A DNA stretch of 63,941 nt, counting the filler, from Octopus bimaculoides (taxonomy: Eukaryota): NCBI RefSeq assembly GCF_001194135.2. It is 5 parts of 5 records of this genome, joined end to end, with 100 filler letters (N's around TTAATTAATTAA, not from the genome) between each part and the next. Parts side by side here need not be neighbours in the genome. Positions count along the whole stretch, not along the records: positions 1 to 21,103 come from NC_068981.1; 4 more parts are not named here. The stretch is one strand, 5' to 3'. Shown one piece after another: positions 1 through 13,500 of this stretch. Below the pieces are notes generated by a model. It searched no databases. It was given only the letters and a program-made list of their open reading frames with translations, and had not been told where the DNA came from. Both the position numbers and the translations under genes were made by a program. Each line of letters opens with the position of its first letter. The stretch's first letter is position 1.

Positions 1-65
<65 letters not shown>

Positions 66-364
66 AATACATATTATAGTGTACTGTTCCGTTGTTGCTG
101 GGATCAACAAGGCAAGTACTCTCGTCCAGTAAGAGATTAGCATCATTTAATATAAGTTTCATGCCTCTGATAATACAAGAATTGGACGAGCTTGTATAGC
201 CTCCCGTTTATGCTCGCTAATACACCACTATCATAAACTTATAGCAACTCGTATTTAAATCTTATGTGTGTGTGAGAGAGAGAGATAGAGGGTGAGAGAG
301 AGTGAGGGGTTGAGAGAGAGAGAGAGGTGAGAGAGAGCGAGAGGGTGAGAGAGAGCGAGAGGGT

Positions 365-406
<42 letters not shown>

Positions 407-454
407 CAAGCAGACAGACAGATATGTAGGTAGATAGATAGAGAGAGATACATA

Positions 455-1109
455 CATACATGATAGCTACACGCTCGTTATACGAGAAAAGCCATTGCCA
501 AAAAGACTTACTGAAATGATTCATTATTGATGTCATGTGATGTCCTTATATGGCTTTTAAGCCAGCCAAAGTTTTACACATTTTATTACATACTGCACAA
601 CTGTGCTGCCTAGAAGGAGAAACGGGTGCCACCGTATGCACTCTCGTAACATGTCTTTTCACACCTCCAACTGAGAGGCACACCCTTCCACATTTTACAC
701 ATGTTCTGTTGTGAATTGAAATAGCCACGTTTATCATGGATCGATTCCTGTGAGATTTTTGATGGCCAACCAGGCCTGCACAACTCAAATATGTCCTCCC
801 ACAAACCACACACACAAAAAGCAACACTCTCTCACTCTCCACAGGTTTCCTCCTTCTAAGACCCCTCCTAATTCTCTCATACTTCACTCTCTCCCTCTCA
901 AACCCCAAACAACCACTATACAGTCTTCCTCCATCCATCCCCGTCTTATGCCTCCCTCTCCCAATCACCAACTACAATTCCTGTCTGTATTAGGGGCATT
1001 TTAAGGTAATCCCTAAACCTTAGTTTAAGCTCATGCGCTGGTCTCCTTCCGTCTTTTAGCTCACCATACAATAGCTGCTTGGGCAGTCTCTCATCACTCA
1101 TCCTTAGCA
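455..1109 (-). mobile_element. RTE-clade LINE 3' end, frameshifted, with C-terminal C2H2 fingers
   Basis: RMSDERLPKQLLYGEL...WEREA is typical of the RTE C-terminus; followed by CxxC-x12-H-x3/4-H repeats. Confidence 0.85.
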
Positions 1110-1186
1110 GATAGGAATTGTTTCTGTTTTTAGATTCCACATTCGAGTTACCTCTATTTCCAGGTCTTGGAGGTAACTTATTATTA

Positions 1187-1242
<56 letters not shown>

Positions 1243-1426
1243 GTTCAGTAGTTTTATTTTTATAACGTGCTTTCACTTCACTACCGAGCGCAGCTCTGTG
1301 TGCTTTGGGTATGTGCTGTGGTTTGCTGTGATGCTCTTATGGTTACTGTATTGAAAGTGGTTTGCGTAGGATGTGTGCAGTGCCCAGTAGTGCAATTTTC
1401 TGTATGTTATATATATTTGTAAGTCC
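1110..1426 (-). mobile_element. Dong/R4-like (RLE) LINE fragments embedded in (TAA)n
   Basis: IQKIALLGTAHILRKPLSIQ* plus 3' UTR and (TAA)n tail (1178-1426); second piece DLEIEVTRMWNLKTETIPI (1110-1177). Confidence 0.8.
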
Positions 1427-1509
<83 letters not shown>

Positions 1510-1934
1510 GGCGGCAAGTTAGCAGAATTTTTATCGCGTGGAAACACGATCTTTCAGGCAGTGTGGATGTTTTTAAGAACGAATCATTGTGATTACATAT
1601 CTCTCTTAGTCAACTTAAATACTGCTAACATGATGTCACTTGAACAAAGTTAAACTTTATTTTCCAACCATTTCAACGGCTTTAAAAAAAACATCCACTT
1701 ATTCCTTTATTTATCAACTTATTTCTTTGTTCACAGTGTAAGAACGAATTTATTATTCTAGATATCTTGTTGACAATAATATAAATCTACGTTCGTGTTC
1801 ATTAGATTTTCGAATTCGGTATTAGACAGGTTTGTTAAACTGTTTTTGATTCCTGGTTTCGTAGTTTTCGTTTGTTTGACTTCGGCTTTGTTGAACAAAA
1901 GTAAAAGCTTAGAATTGTTTCGGGGAGTTTTTGT

Positions 1935-1982
<48 letters not shown>

Positions 1983-2098
1983 TAGTAGGACACAATAAAA
2001 CAGAAAATATATCGTGCTTTCATCATGAAATTCCGTCCACTCCTCAAAATATATATGTATATATATATATGTGTGTGTGTGTGTATATATACACATCT

Positions 2099-2131
<33 letters not shown>

Positions 2132-2335
2132 CATCTATATATACACACATATATACACATCTATATAGACACATATCTATACACATCTATATATATACAT
2201 ATAAATATACGTCTATATATACACACATATATACACATATCTGTACACATCTATAAACACATCTATATACACATATTTATATATATACATCTATATATAT
2301 ACTTATAAACACGTTTATACATACATATAAAGATA

Positions 2336-2374
<39 letters not shown>

Positions 2375-2990
2375 TTCTACATATACATATATATACATAT
2401 CTATATATACACATCTATATATACATATATATACACACATATATATACATATATATATGAGACACATATATTATATGTATAATATATTCTTATATACATG
2501 AATACATACATACATACATACATACATACATACATACATACATACATACATACATACATACTTACATACATACATTCAACTTTGACCAAACATAGTAATC
2601 CAGTACAACGAACAAAATACTCCGTAAAAAAAAATAGACACTCCGGAAAATGAAGTGGTAAAAACCTAAAGGTCAACATGTCTGAAGACCTTCGTGAAAG
2701 CTTATAGATACACGTGAGATGTGCTCAAATTCGATTTCGGTACAGTGTTCTGAATATAAGACATTATTTGTTCTGCATTGTTAGGGTTTACACAACCGAA
2801 TCTCGAAGACGAGGTATTTACTCGTATTCATATTATAAATAAGCATATGTGCGTGTGCACGCGGTGGGGGATATACATATGCGTTTGTATGTTTATATAT
2901 GTGTGTGTGTGTGTGTGTGTTTTTATGCATATATATGATGTATATATCTATGTATATATATGTATGTAAATACACAAACACGCGCGCATA

Positions 2991-3037
<47 letters not shown>

Positions 3038-3361
3038 TAACTGCAAATAAGTACGCCTTTGATTTATCTTATATATACAGTAGATAGAGAGAGAGAGATG
3101 CATATATAAATACATATATACATATCTATGTGCATCTTATATATATTTATAAGTGCATTTTTATAAGTGCAATATATATATTTATAAGGGCAATATATAT
3201 ATATATATATACGAGAAGCATGTTATACAAGTGTGTGTGTGTGTGTGTGTGTGTGTCTGTGTGTGTGTGTATAAGTATCAGTGCGTATATGTGTGTACTT
3301 CTCTTATAAGGATGCGTGTTAAAGTCAAGCCCGAGCTAGATAGATCTATTTAACTTATATT

Positions 3362-3594
3362 TTATCTTTTACTTGTTTCAGTCATTAGACTGCGACCATG
3401 CTGGGGCACTGTGTTGAAGAATTTTTTGTCTAATGAATCGACCCCAGTACATTTTTTTTTTTTTTTTAGCCTGGTACTTATTCTAGCGAGCTCTTTTGCC
3501 GAACCACTAAGGGGACGTATACAAACCAATAGCGGTTGTAAAGTGGTGGGGGACGGCAAACACACACACAAAGACAGACAGACAAAGACAGACA
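3362..3594 (-). mobile_element. SINE A 3' half (cut by gap)
   Basis: Matches the family A tail. Confidence 0.8.
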
Positions 3595-5835
3595 NNNNNN
3601 NNNNNNNNNNNNNNNNNNNNNNNNNNNNNNNNNNNNNNNNNNNNNNNNNNNNNNNNNNNNNNNNNNNNNNNNNNNNNNNNNNNNNNNNNNNNNNNNNNNN
3701 NNNNNNNNNNNNNNNNNNNNNNNNNNNNNNNNNNNNNNNNNNNNNNNNNNNNNNNNNNNNNNNNNNNNNNNNNNNNNNNNNNNNNNNNNNNNNNNNNNNN
3801 NNNNNNNNNNNNNNNNNNNNNNNNNNNNNNNNNNNNNNNNNNNNNNNNNNNNNNNNNNNNNNNNNNNNNNNNNNNNNNNNNNNNNNNNNNNNNNNNNNNN
3901 NNNNNNNNNNNNNNNNNNNNNNNNNNNNNNNNNNNNNNNNNNNNNNNNNNNNNNNNNNNNNNNNNNNNNNNNNNNNNNNNNNNNNNNNNNNNNNNNNNNN
4001 NNNNNNNNNNNNNNNNNNNNNNNNNNNNNNNNNNNNNNNNNNNNNNNNNNNNNNNNNNNNNNNNNNNNNNNNNNNNNNNNNNNNNNNNNNNNNNNNNNNN
4101 NNNNNNNNNNNNNNNNNNNNNNNNNNNNNNNNNNNNNNNNNNNNNNNNNNNNNNNNNNNNNNNNNNNNNNNNNNNNNNNNNNNNNNNNNNNNNNNNNNNN
4201 NNNNNNNNNNNNNNNNNNNNNNNNNNNNNNNNNNNNNNNNNNNNNNNNNNNNNNNNNNNNNNNNNNNNNNNNNNNNNNNNNNNNNNNNNNNNNTCTCATT
4301 CGCAAAATAAGCCCCCACTTAATTTTGCTCAGATTGCTTCCAATTTTGGTGTATCGATGCAACTCTGAATTTTGATTACGATCAATCAATTTTTTTATCT
4401 CGTAAATTAAATAATCTGATGTTATTTGGCATTAAAGTTGGGAAATCTGGGTAATTTTAACCAATCAACAGACAGCGTTGCATTAGCAGCATGTTACCAT
4501 GACAATCACACGCTGTGTTGTGGTTCACTTTTGTCTGTGCTGCTGTTGTCTATGTTGATTTTTCACACTTAATTCTTCACACACCATGAGATTCTTTTCA
4601 CCTGCATGTTTTGTTTTAATTTTTCTGTGTTAGCGTATTACATATTTTTCTGTTCTTGTCTGTGTTAGTATTTTTCTGTGCTTTTTTCTGTGTGTCATTA
4701 TTTTAACATATGTTTTATTTCATATATTATTGGGACTCATTGACTCAGATAGCTGGATTTATGATTTCGCTAGGTTAATCCTGTTCATAATAAATATTGT
4801 TCTCTCTGTAGGACGACCCGAGGACAGTCCGACTGGTTTCCATTGAGTCATGGTCATTTTATCAAGAGTTTGGCGTCTATGAGTGTAAATCACGGGATCA
4901 ATATATACAGAACCTTAAATTTATATTTATTAAGCAAACGCAAGTAAATGTATAATACACACATATACATATACATATGTGTATGTATGTGTATATGTAT
5001 GGCTGTGTATGTATGTGTATATGTATGGCTATGTATGTATGTGTATATGTATGGCTGTGTATATGTATGGCTGTGTATATGTATAGCTGTATATGTATAG
5101 CTGCATATGTATGGCTGTGTATGTGTATATGTATGGCTGTGTATTAGCGCTACTGATAACATGTAACTTAAAACAACCTGTTGCATGTTCGGGCCATCGG
5201 CGAAAAGAGTGTTTTTCATTGAACACCATGAGGGGCAAAAAACAAAACTTCCAAAGGGCGGATGAACTCAGTTGAATCAAATGCCATCTAACAGCTGGGA
5301 ATGAGAAACCTAGTCTTTGTTTAAATATCACTCTTGGAGAAGGAAAACTCTGGTGTTAACCTACGGACTTCGTTTGCACCCTATGATGTAAATGAGCTCT
5401 TCTTTTGGAGCAAATACATACATCGTTTAGAGAGTGAGATTGACTCTGTGCAAGGCCTTTCTTCACTTTAATAAGCTTCAAGCACAAGCATCACTTGATT
5501 TTTTTGACATCTCTATTATGTGTCTGCATACTATGGCTGGCTATAGCCGAGAAAGACAAATCATTCAATGAAAAATCCCATAATAAAATGAAGGTGTGTG
5601 TCAGTATAGAGGGGTTAATTCTCTGTACACCGACTGTAAGAGATGTCCATCGTTTCTACATCTGTACAAGAGAGTGTAGGTCCCTGACAGAACAGAAAAG
5701 CTACATTTGTGCTGTTCATGTTTATAAAAACAAGCAGTAATGCCGTAACTTGAAATCGAGTTGCAGCCATTATGCGCCTGTTTTTGTGTGTATAGATATA
5801 CATGAATACATACATACATACATACATACATACAT

Positions 5836-5942
<107 letters not shown>

Positions 5943-6144
5943 TGATGAGTAAAATATGATCAAATGAAGCACATTTGATCATATGAAGTCGAACGCTATA
6001 CTACACCGTTCCCAATTATCGAAGTGACATCGTTCTGCTTTACGATTCAGGCCAAGCAAAAACTGAATTAGTCTTTTCCATTCAAAAGAAATTGTCATTG
6101 TGTATAAAAATTAGGTTTTCCTCACCAACTACAAAGTTTGCCCC

Positions 6145-6203
<59 letters not shown>

Positions 6204-7094
6204 GAATTTTAAACTACTGAACAAACTGTTCTCAAAAGCAAAATGGAATAAAACTTCACAAAACAGAATTACAAAAGCTTTTACATAATCCAACATTCTA
6301 AAATTTAGTTAATCTATACACGAATCATCGATCTCCAAAAGTGCTCTACTTTAACTCTAGTTTCTATACAGAAAACATAAATATTTCCCTCTAGAGAGAA
6401 CATGAGCCCATGAGAGCTAAGTTTGCTCTTAAAGAAGCGCAGTAACTACTTGTCATTGCTACTATAAACGTAGTAGACTCGTTCTAAAATGCCTTATTTT
6501 CTAATATTCTCCAATAAAAGGTTCAGCCAAAAATCATGTCTTATCACTTTTATCACAGCAATAAGTACTTTTAATTGGATTTTTAATGCTCAATACAGTA
6601 AATATGTGACCTCTAACTTAACTATTGATTTCGTGGGGATGGCGTCAATGAGTAACTGACTGCACTATTTTTTTTTTTAATCTTTTTAAATATGCTAATT
6701 TGTCTGGCTTAATCTTGTATAATATTGATTGCCAATCAGATTTCAAAATTAGCTTTGCTTTCTTTCATCCTTTTAACCAGTCCAGTGTGATAGGTTGCCA
6801 GATTGTTAGAGGGTAGAGCAAGGTACTTTGCGATATTTGATCCGGTGTAGTGATTTGAGATTACCCCACCATCATCACCACCACCATTCAGCTTATCTCC
6901 AGGTAACTTGAAATCACGAACAGGTTACTGGGGGATAGGATAAAATCGGTTTCAAATTACTCCTGAGAATAATTTGAAATAGAATTCATCCTACACCTAC
7001 CATTACTGGTTATTCTCTACCTCAAATCTTTCCACCCAAATGTTTAGTCATCCTGATGGCTAATAAAAGAATTGTTATCATCATTATTATTATT

Positions 7095-7309
7095 AAGGCG
7101 GTGAGCTGGCAGAATCATTAGCACACCGGGCAAAATACTTAGCGGCATTTCGTCCGTCTTTACGTTCTGAGTTCAAATTCCACCGAAGTCAACTTTGGCT
7201 TTCATCCTTTCGGGGTCGATAAAATAAGTACCAGTTGAATACTGGGGTCAATGTAATCGACTTACCCCCTCCCCAAAAAGTTTCAGGTCTTGTGCCTATG
7301 GCAGAAAGG

Positions 7310-7345
<36 letters not shown>
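7095..7345 (+). mobile_element. tRNA-derived SINE family B (AAGGCGGTGAGCTGGCAGAATC...), (ATT)n tail
   Basis: B box GAGTTCAAATTCC; central GTCRACTTTGCCTTTCATCCTTTCGGGGTCGATAAAATAAGTACCAGT domain. Confidence 0.85.
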
Positions 7346-7689
7346 TTCAAATTGTATCACAAGGCCAACAATTTAGGGGGAGGGATTAAGTTAATTACAT
7401 CCACCCCAGTGCTTAAAAGGTACTTANNNNNNNNNNNNNNNNNNNNNNNNNNNNNNNNNNNNNNNNNNNNNNNNNNNNNNNNNNNNNNNNNNNNNNNNNN
7501 TTGCAGCGTGGAAGGTGTTTATAAGCCATTTAAAATCACACACAAAAGCCGTCAGATTCACTTCAACATTTAAATTTAATTTGTCAAAATATTTTCGTCG
7601 CTTTGAGACCGCGACCTGTTCACTGACAAAATTGTGCTACATCTCTCTATATATACATAGGTGTGTGTATGCATGTTTAGACGCATGGG

Positions 7690-9300
7690 TGTACAAATGG
7701 GAGAAAAACCCTCAAAGCCATGACCATCTCCACCACCTCTGACACCAAACTCCATAACAACTATGGAATTTACAACTGCAATGCTGCGACGTCACCTTAA
7801 GAATAAGTGCAACTCTGCCTCTCCTGGCCTTGATGGCGTTACGTACCTGCTTTTCAAATGTGGTAGGTACTTCCTCCTGCACTAGCTTTCACTCTTCTGT
7901 TAGTTGTGTCTTAACAATGGTGCTACTCCGGAGCAATAGAAAACTGCCAGTGTCATTCCTCTGTTCAAAAAAGGGTGACAGCACGTCGCCTGTCAACTAT
8001 CGTCCAGTCAGTTTTACTAGCTGTATTGCCAAACTGATGGAATCCTGTGCCAGAGAAACACACTGGAACTTCTGGAATTTTCACAGCCTTATCCGGCCCT
8101 CACAATTTAGATTTATCCGTAACTCCAGCTGCTGTGATCAGCTTACTGAGTTTCATGAAGACATTACCCAGATCACTGGGTGGATGTTGTTTATCTTGAC
8201 TTTGCTAAAGCTTTAAATTATGTGCCACACAAAAGACTTATGGCAAAACTCTCTGCAATGGGTGTGAAAGATGATCTTTTTAACTGGTTGGTGTTCTTCA
8301 TTCTCAGCCGAATAGAGGTAGTCACGGTTTTAGGACAGCATTCTTTACCCTTTGAGATGTCATCTGGTGTACCACAGGGATCTGTTCTTGGTCCTCTTTA
8401 GTTTGTTGCATACATTAATGACATGCATGCCAACTTAAAGAATGCCACAATGCTGAGATATGCAGATGACATCAAGCTGTATCTTGAGAGAAAAAGGACA
8501 GATCCTGAACATTATAGATTTGCCATGCAATCAGATCTGGACACAATGCAGCAATGGATCACGGACTGGCAACTCAAACTGGCTGTGGACAAGTGTACCA
8601 CCATGGACAAAGCACATCTCTAAAATTGTCAAAATGGCATCACTCAGTAAGATCTTTGTCAGCCGCTCTCCAGTTATCTATTTGAGGTTGTATATGGCTA
8701 TGGTACGGCCACACTTGGAATTTGCATCACCAGTCTGGAACCCTTATCTGGCTCAGGACATTGACCTCCTGGAAACTGTTCAGAGACATGCAACCAAGCG
8801 AATACCCTCCATCAGGCATCTACCATACTCTGAATGCTTTGCTTTCCTGGGCATAGATACATTGAAGCCCCGACATCTGGCAAGTGACTTGGTAAACACC
8901 CACAAGATTATTAACCATCGTGCCAACAACCACCTTTTGCACCTTTTTGAGCTCCATGTGTCTAACACATGTGGGCATGCCTACAAAGTCAGAAAACACC
9001 ACAGCTCCCATGACTTTCGGAAACATTTTTCATACTCAGAGTTGCTGAAGCATAGAACAAACTACCTGCATCAGTTGTTAGTTGCCAAGACATTGCACCC
9101 TTTAAAACCTTCATGCTTCCTGAAATTCGCCAACACTACACCTCATATCCCCACCTCCATACGCATGCACACATGTATATCATGGCTCATACACTGTTCA
9201 CTTTTCCTGACTTTTGTACATAATTCTATGTACTGTACGTGCACCTTTGAGGAGTTGTAGCGAACTTGAGTACTATACACAATAATTTCATTTTTATTAT
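7690..9300 (+). mobile_element. CR1-clade LINE, 5'-truncated, RT domain and 3' UTR with stops and frameshifts
   Basis: NYRPVSFTS, VVYLDFAKA, GVPQGSVLGP, YADDIKL, RPHLEFASPVWNP, LETVQRHATK. Confidence 0.92.
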
Positions 9301-9334
9301 TTATCTTTCACTACTCTCAGGTTCTCGTTTCTGT

Positions 9335-9335
9335 G

Positions 9336-9434
<99 letters not shown>

Positions 9435-9490
9435 TGTGTGTGCGTGTGCGCGCGTGTGCGTGTGCGCGCGTGTGCGTGCGTGCGTGTGTG
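9335..9490. repeat. (TG)n/(TGCG)n microsatellite
   Basis: Direct reading. Confidence 0.95.
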
Positions 9491-9925
9491 CCACACAGCG
9501 TAATGTGCCACTGAAAGGTAGTAATATGCACAAGTACTTCTTACCGGAACAGTACAAAATACAAAATTTGCACAGAAGTAGATCTACAACTAACCAAATG
9601 AAGAATTTGCAATGTTTTCCTATAGAAAAAAATATTATATTCAGTACTACTAATGTATGCCAACTAGTATTTCGATTTCTATACAGCATTATATGCAAGA
9701 AATACATCAGTAAGGAAAGGAAATTTCATACTACCATTGAATTTCCCAGTGGAGGGCTTATCTCAATTTATACACGCAAATATAGATATAAACGCACACA
9801 CATATGCACATATGTACATACAGTGTGTGTGTGTTTCTTAAATAAAAGTTGCCCGTCTACTCAGAATTTAACCCCAGGCTTGTCTCTGTGCGACTTTATC
9901 ATTGTTTCACCAATCTTTCATTATG

Positions 9926-9994
<69 letters not shown>

Positions 9995-11444
9995 NNNNNN
10001 NNNNNNNNNNNNNNNNNNNNNNNNNNNNNNNNNNNNNNNNNNNNNNNNNNNNNNNNNNNNNNNNNNNNNNNNNNNNNNNNNNNNNNNNNNNNNNNNNNNN
10101 NNNNNNNNNNNNNNNNNNNNNNNNNNNNNNNNNNNNNNNNNNNNNNNNNNNNNNNNNNNNNNNNNNNNNNNNNNNNNNNNNNNNNNNNNNNNNNNNNNNN
10201 NNNNNNNNNNNNNNNNNNNNNNNNNNNNNNNNNNNNNNNNNNNNNNNNNNNNNNNNNNNNNNNNNNNNNNNNNNNNNNNNNNNNNNNNNNNNNNNNNNNN
10301 NNNNNNNNNNNNNNNNNNNNNNNNNNNNNNNNNNNNNNNNNNNNNNNNNNNNNNNNNNNNNNNNNNNNNNNNNNNNNNNNNNNNNNNNNNNNNNNNNNNN
10401 NNNNNNNNNNNNNNNNNNNNNNNNNNNNNNNNNNNNNNNNNNNNNNNNNNNNNNNNNNNNNNNNNNNNNNNNNNNNNNNNNNNNNNNNNNNNNNNNNNNN
10501 NNNNNNNNNNNNNNNNNNNNNNNNNNNNNNNNNNNNNNNNNNNNNNNNNNNNNNNNNNNNNNNNNNNNNNNNNNNNNNNNNNNNNNNNNNNNNNNNNNNN
10601 NNNNNNNNNNNNNNNNNNNNNNNNNNNNNNNNNNNNNNNNNNNNNNNNNNNNNNNNNNNNNNNNNNNNNNNNNNNNNNNNNNNNNNNNNNNNNNNNNNNN
10701 NNNNNNNNNNNNNNNNNNNNNNNNNNNNNNNNNNNNNNNNNNNNNNNNNNNNNNNNNNNNNNNNNNNNNNNNNNNNNNNNNNNNNNNNNNNNNNNNNNNN
10801 NNNNNNNNNNNNNNNNNNNNNNNNNNNNNNNNNNNNNNNNNNNNNNNNNNNNNNNNNNNNNNNNNNNNNNNNNNNNNNNNNNNNNNNNNNNNNNNNNNNN
10901 NNNNNNNNNNNNNNNNNNNNNNNNNNNNNNNNNNNNNNNNNNNNNNNNNNNNNNNNNNNNNNNNNNNNNNNTGTCTATATAATTTGACTCTGCGTAAACA
11001 AATAGTGTGAGAGAGCTGAAAGTTTTTCAGTTTTTGTACATGTATATTTTTCTTGCACTTCAGCAAAATGCTCCAACCACGGTAGTAACTTTAACAGATT
11101 AAACTCTGGATTAAAAGTTTAGTTTGTTTTTTTATTTTAGGTTTTGCTTCTTTTTTTAAAAAAATTTTGTTCGTTTTCTCTATTTATCGTTATGGGTTTT
11201 TGTGCTGTTTTTGTTGCTACTTTAGTTGGGCCTTATTTTAGTTTTTTTTTTTTTTAGCCTTTATTTATTTTTTTTTCTTTGTTCATCCCTGGAAAGTTAC
11301 AAGAGAAAAAAGTATTCACGAGCTTTTGGAATCAAATTTCAAGCAGGCATATGATGAGGAGATAACGAATCAGAAAGTGAGATTAAAGGAAAGATAGTAA
11401 GGAGAAAAGAGAGAGAGAGAGAGAAGGACATGAAAGAGAGGAGA

Positions 11445-11542
11445 AGAAAGAGAAGAAGAAGAAGAAGAAGAAGAAGAAGAAGAAGAAGAAGAAGAAGAAG
11501 AAGAAGAAGAAGAAGAAGAAGAAGAAGAAGAAGAAGAAGAAA
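11445..11542. repeat. (GAA)n microsatellite
   Basis: Direct reading. Confidence 0.95.
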
Positions 11543-11906
11543 TCCACTTCCATGATAATATCGAAAAAGGAAGAAAATAAATTGATAATATCTGTTGCCC
11601 ATGGTGAAGCCAAAAATGGCCGCTTCTAGATAAAGTTGCATTGATTAAAAAATAAATAAATAAATAAAATAAAATTTACAGAAAAAAAAATTCTAAAACG
11701 AAATTATAGAAAAGAAAAGCTAAAAAGTAAAGTACTAGTATTTGTAAACAACTGCTGTTTGCTGTTAAGATCTACGACTACTGAAAAAAGTGCTGACAAA
11801 TGCTGCAAACACTTTTCTCTGTATCTTTAGGTTTCGGAAATGTAATCAGAACTCTGGTGCAAGGAAATACAAACTCCATTCATACGTACGTACGTACGTA
11901 CATACA

Positions 11907-11938
<32 letters not shown>

Positions 11939-12055
11939 CGTACATACATACATACATACATATATACGTACGTACATAAATACATACATATATACATACA
12001 TACATACAAGCTTCATACACAATAAATACATACATACATACATACATATACTATA

Positions 12056-12262
12056 GGGTGCTGAAAAGTTCCTGGCTGTGGGTAAAAGAAAATACAAGAG
12101 GATCAGTTAATTACGACTTTATTGAACATATTCCCCTCTCAGATTCACTCATTTGTTGCAGCGGTTCTCCAGTTTTTCTAAGCCCTGTAAAAGAACTCGG
12201 AATGTTGGGCCTCCAACCAGGCCTTTAGTGATACCTTTAAAGTCAGGAACTTTTCAGCATCC
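12056..12262. mobile_element. Mariner-derived MITE (207 bp)
   Basis: TIRs GGGTGCTGAAAAGTTCCTGGCT / AGTCAGGAACTTTTCAGCATCC (2 mismatches) flanked by TA at 12054-55 and 12263-64. Confidence 0.85.
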
Positions 12263-12334
12263 TAACGTACATACATACAAACAGACAGACAAACAGACAG
12301 ACAAACACACAGACAGACAGACTGACAGACAGGC

Positions 12335-12393
<59 letters not shown>

Positions 12394-13134
12394 CGTCACT
12401 TGTGGTGTTTCTTGAATGAATGCAAGGCAAACAATCCAAGCCTAAGATACATAAATGAATGCAAACAGCAATTCAGATATTAATTTAAATTTTTCATGAA
12501 ATTAATTCAAATCTTTTTTATGGGAAACCGATGAAAGAAGAGCATATATTAATGGTTATATGTAGTCTCTTTCGATTACATGACTTTCATTTTTAACATT
12601 GCATGCGCTGGATTATGTACCAAGAATTGCCTCTGATATGGATACACATATATCTTTTATCTTTTACTTGCTTCATTCATTGGACGTCGGACATGTTTGG
12701 GCATCACCATGAAGGGTTTTAGTCAAACGAATCGATCCCAGTATTTAATTTTGTTTTTAAACTTGGTCCTTGTCGTATCGGTGCCCTTTGCCGAACCGCT
12801 AGTTTACAGGGACGTAAATAAACCAACCCTCTTCCTTCTTTCGCTCCCCCTCTCTCACATTTCCTGGTCTTCCCTTCATTCTCCCCTTCCCTTCTCTTTC
12901 ACTTCACTCTGTCCCTTTTCTTTGTTTCTCGACCCTCCCTAATTCTTCTATCCCTCTGCCTCTACCTCTCTCTTCTCCTTCCACGTGACCGGTGTTTGGC
13001 CAAACCTGACCTTTCTTGGTTCGACTGACATCCGTGCAGCATCTATATTCCTTCCCATGCCTGTCATCTCTTATATCCCTGCTGTAAGGCTTCACTTCCA
13101 CACACGCCAGCTTAATTTAACTCATCCTTAGTCG

Positions 13135-13500
13135 AAACACACCTGTTGTTAATGTCCTGTTGTTTACATTTGTATTTATGTTCCATTTCTCCGTTTTATT
13201 TTATTTTTTTCGTCCTTGTTTTCGTATACACTCGCTGCTTTCTTCCAAGGAATCTAGAGCTCTTAGCTTAGATTTTCCTTGGCGCTGACCAGATTGGTGC
13301 AGTCTCGAGTATAACCAGCCGAAACTGCAAAGATAATCTGGAACTCGACTGACGAAAGAAAACTCCGAATGACCCGTCCTTGTTTTTTCATGTCCCTTTT
13401 TCTATCATCCAGCTGTCTGGATGTTTTGTTGTCGCCTGTTGCGTTCTTGTCCCATTTTTGTATTCTTTTTCATAAACATATAGCGGCGTACGTACACTTT
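13135..13500 (+). mobile_element. Probable Penelope-type terminal repeat with degenerate tandem hammerhead-like cores
   Basis: CTGACCAG-ATTGG...ACCAGCC-GAAAC and CTGACGA...CC-GAAT...GTC. Confidence 0.4.

Noticed and set aside
2672-2725. CTGAAGA...GAAAGCTT hammerhead-like pattern
   Set aside because: No convincing stem II or stem I
11831-11885. Good acceptor followed by an open frame GFGNVIRTLVQGNTNSIH
   Set aside because: The only donor is a GT inside a microsatellite; peptide unrecognised
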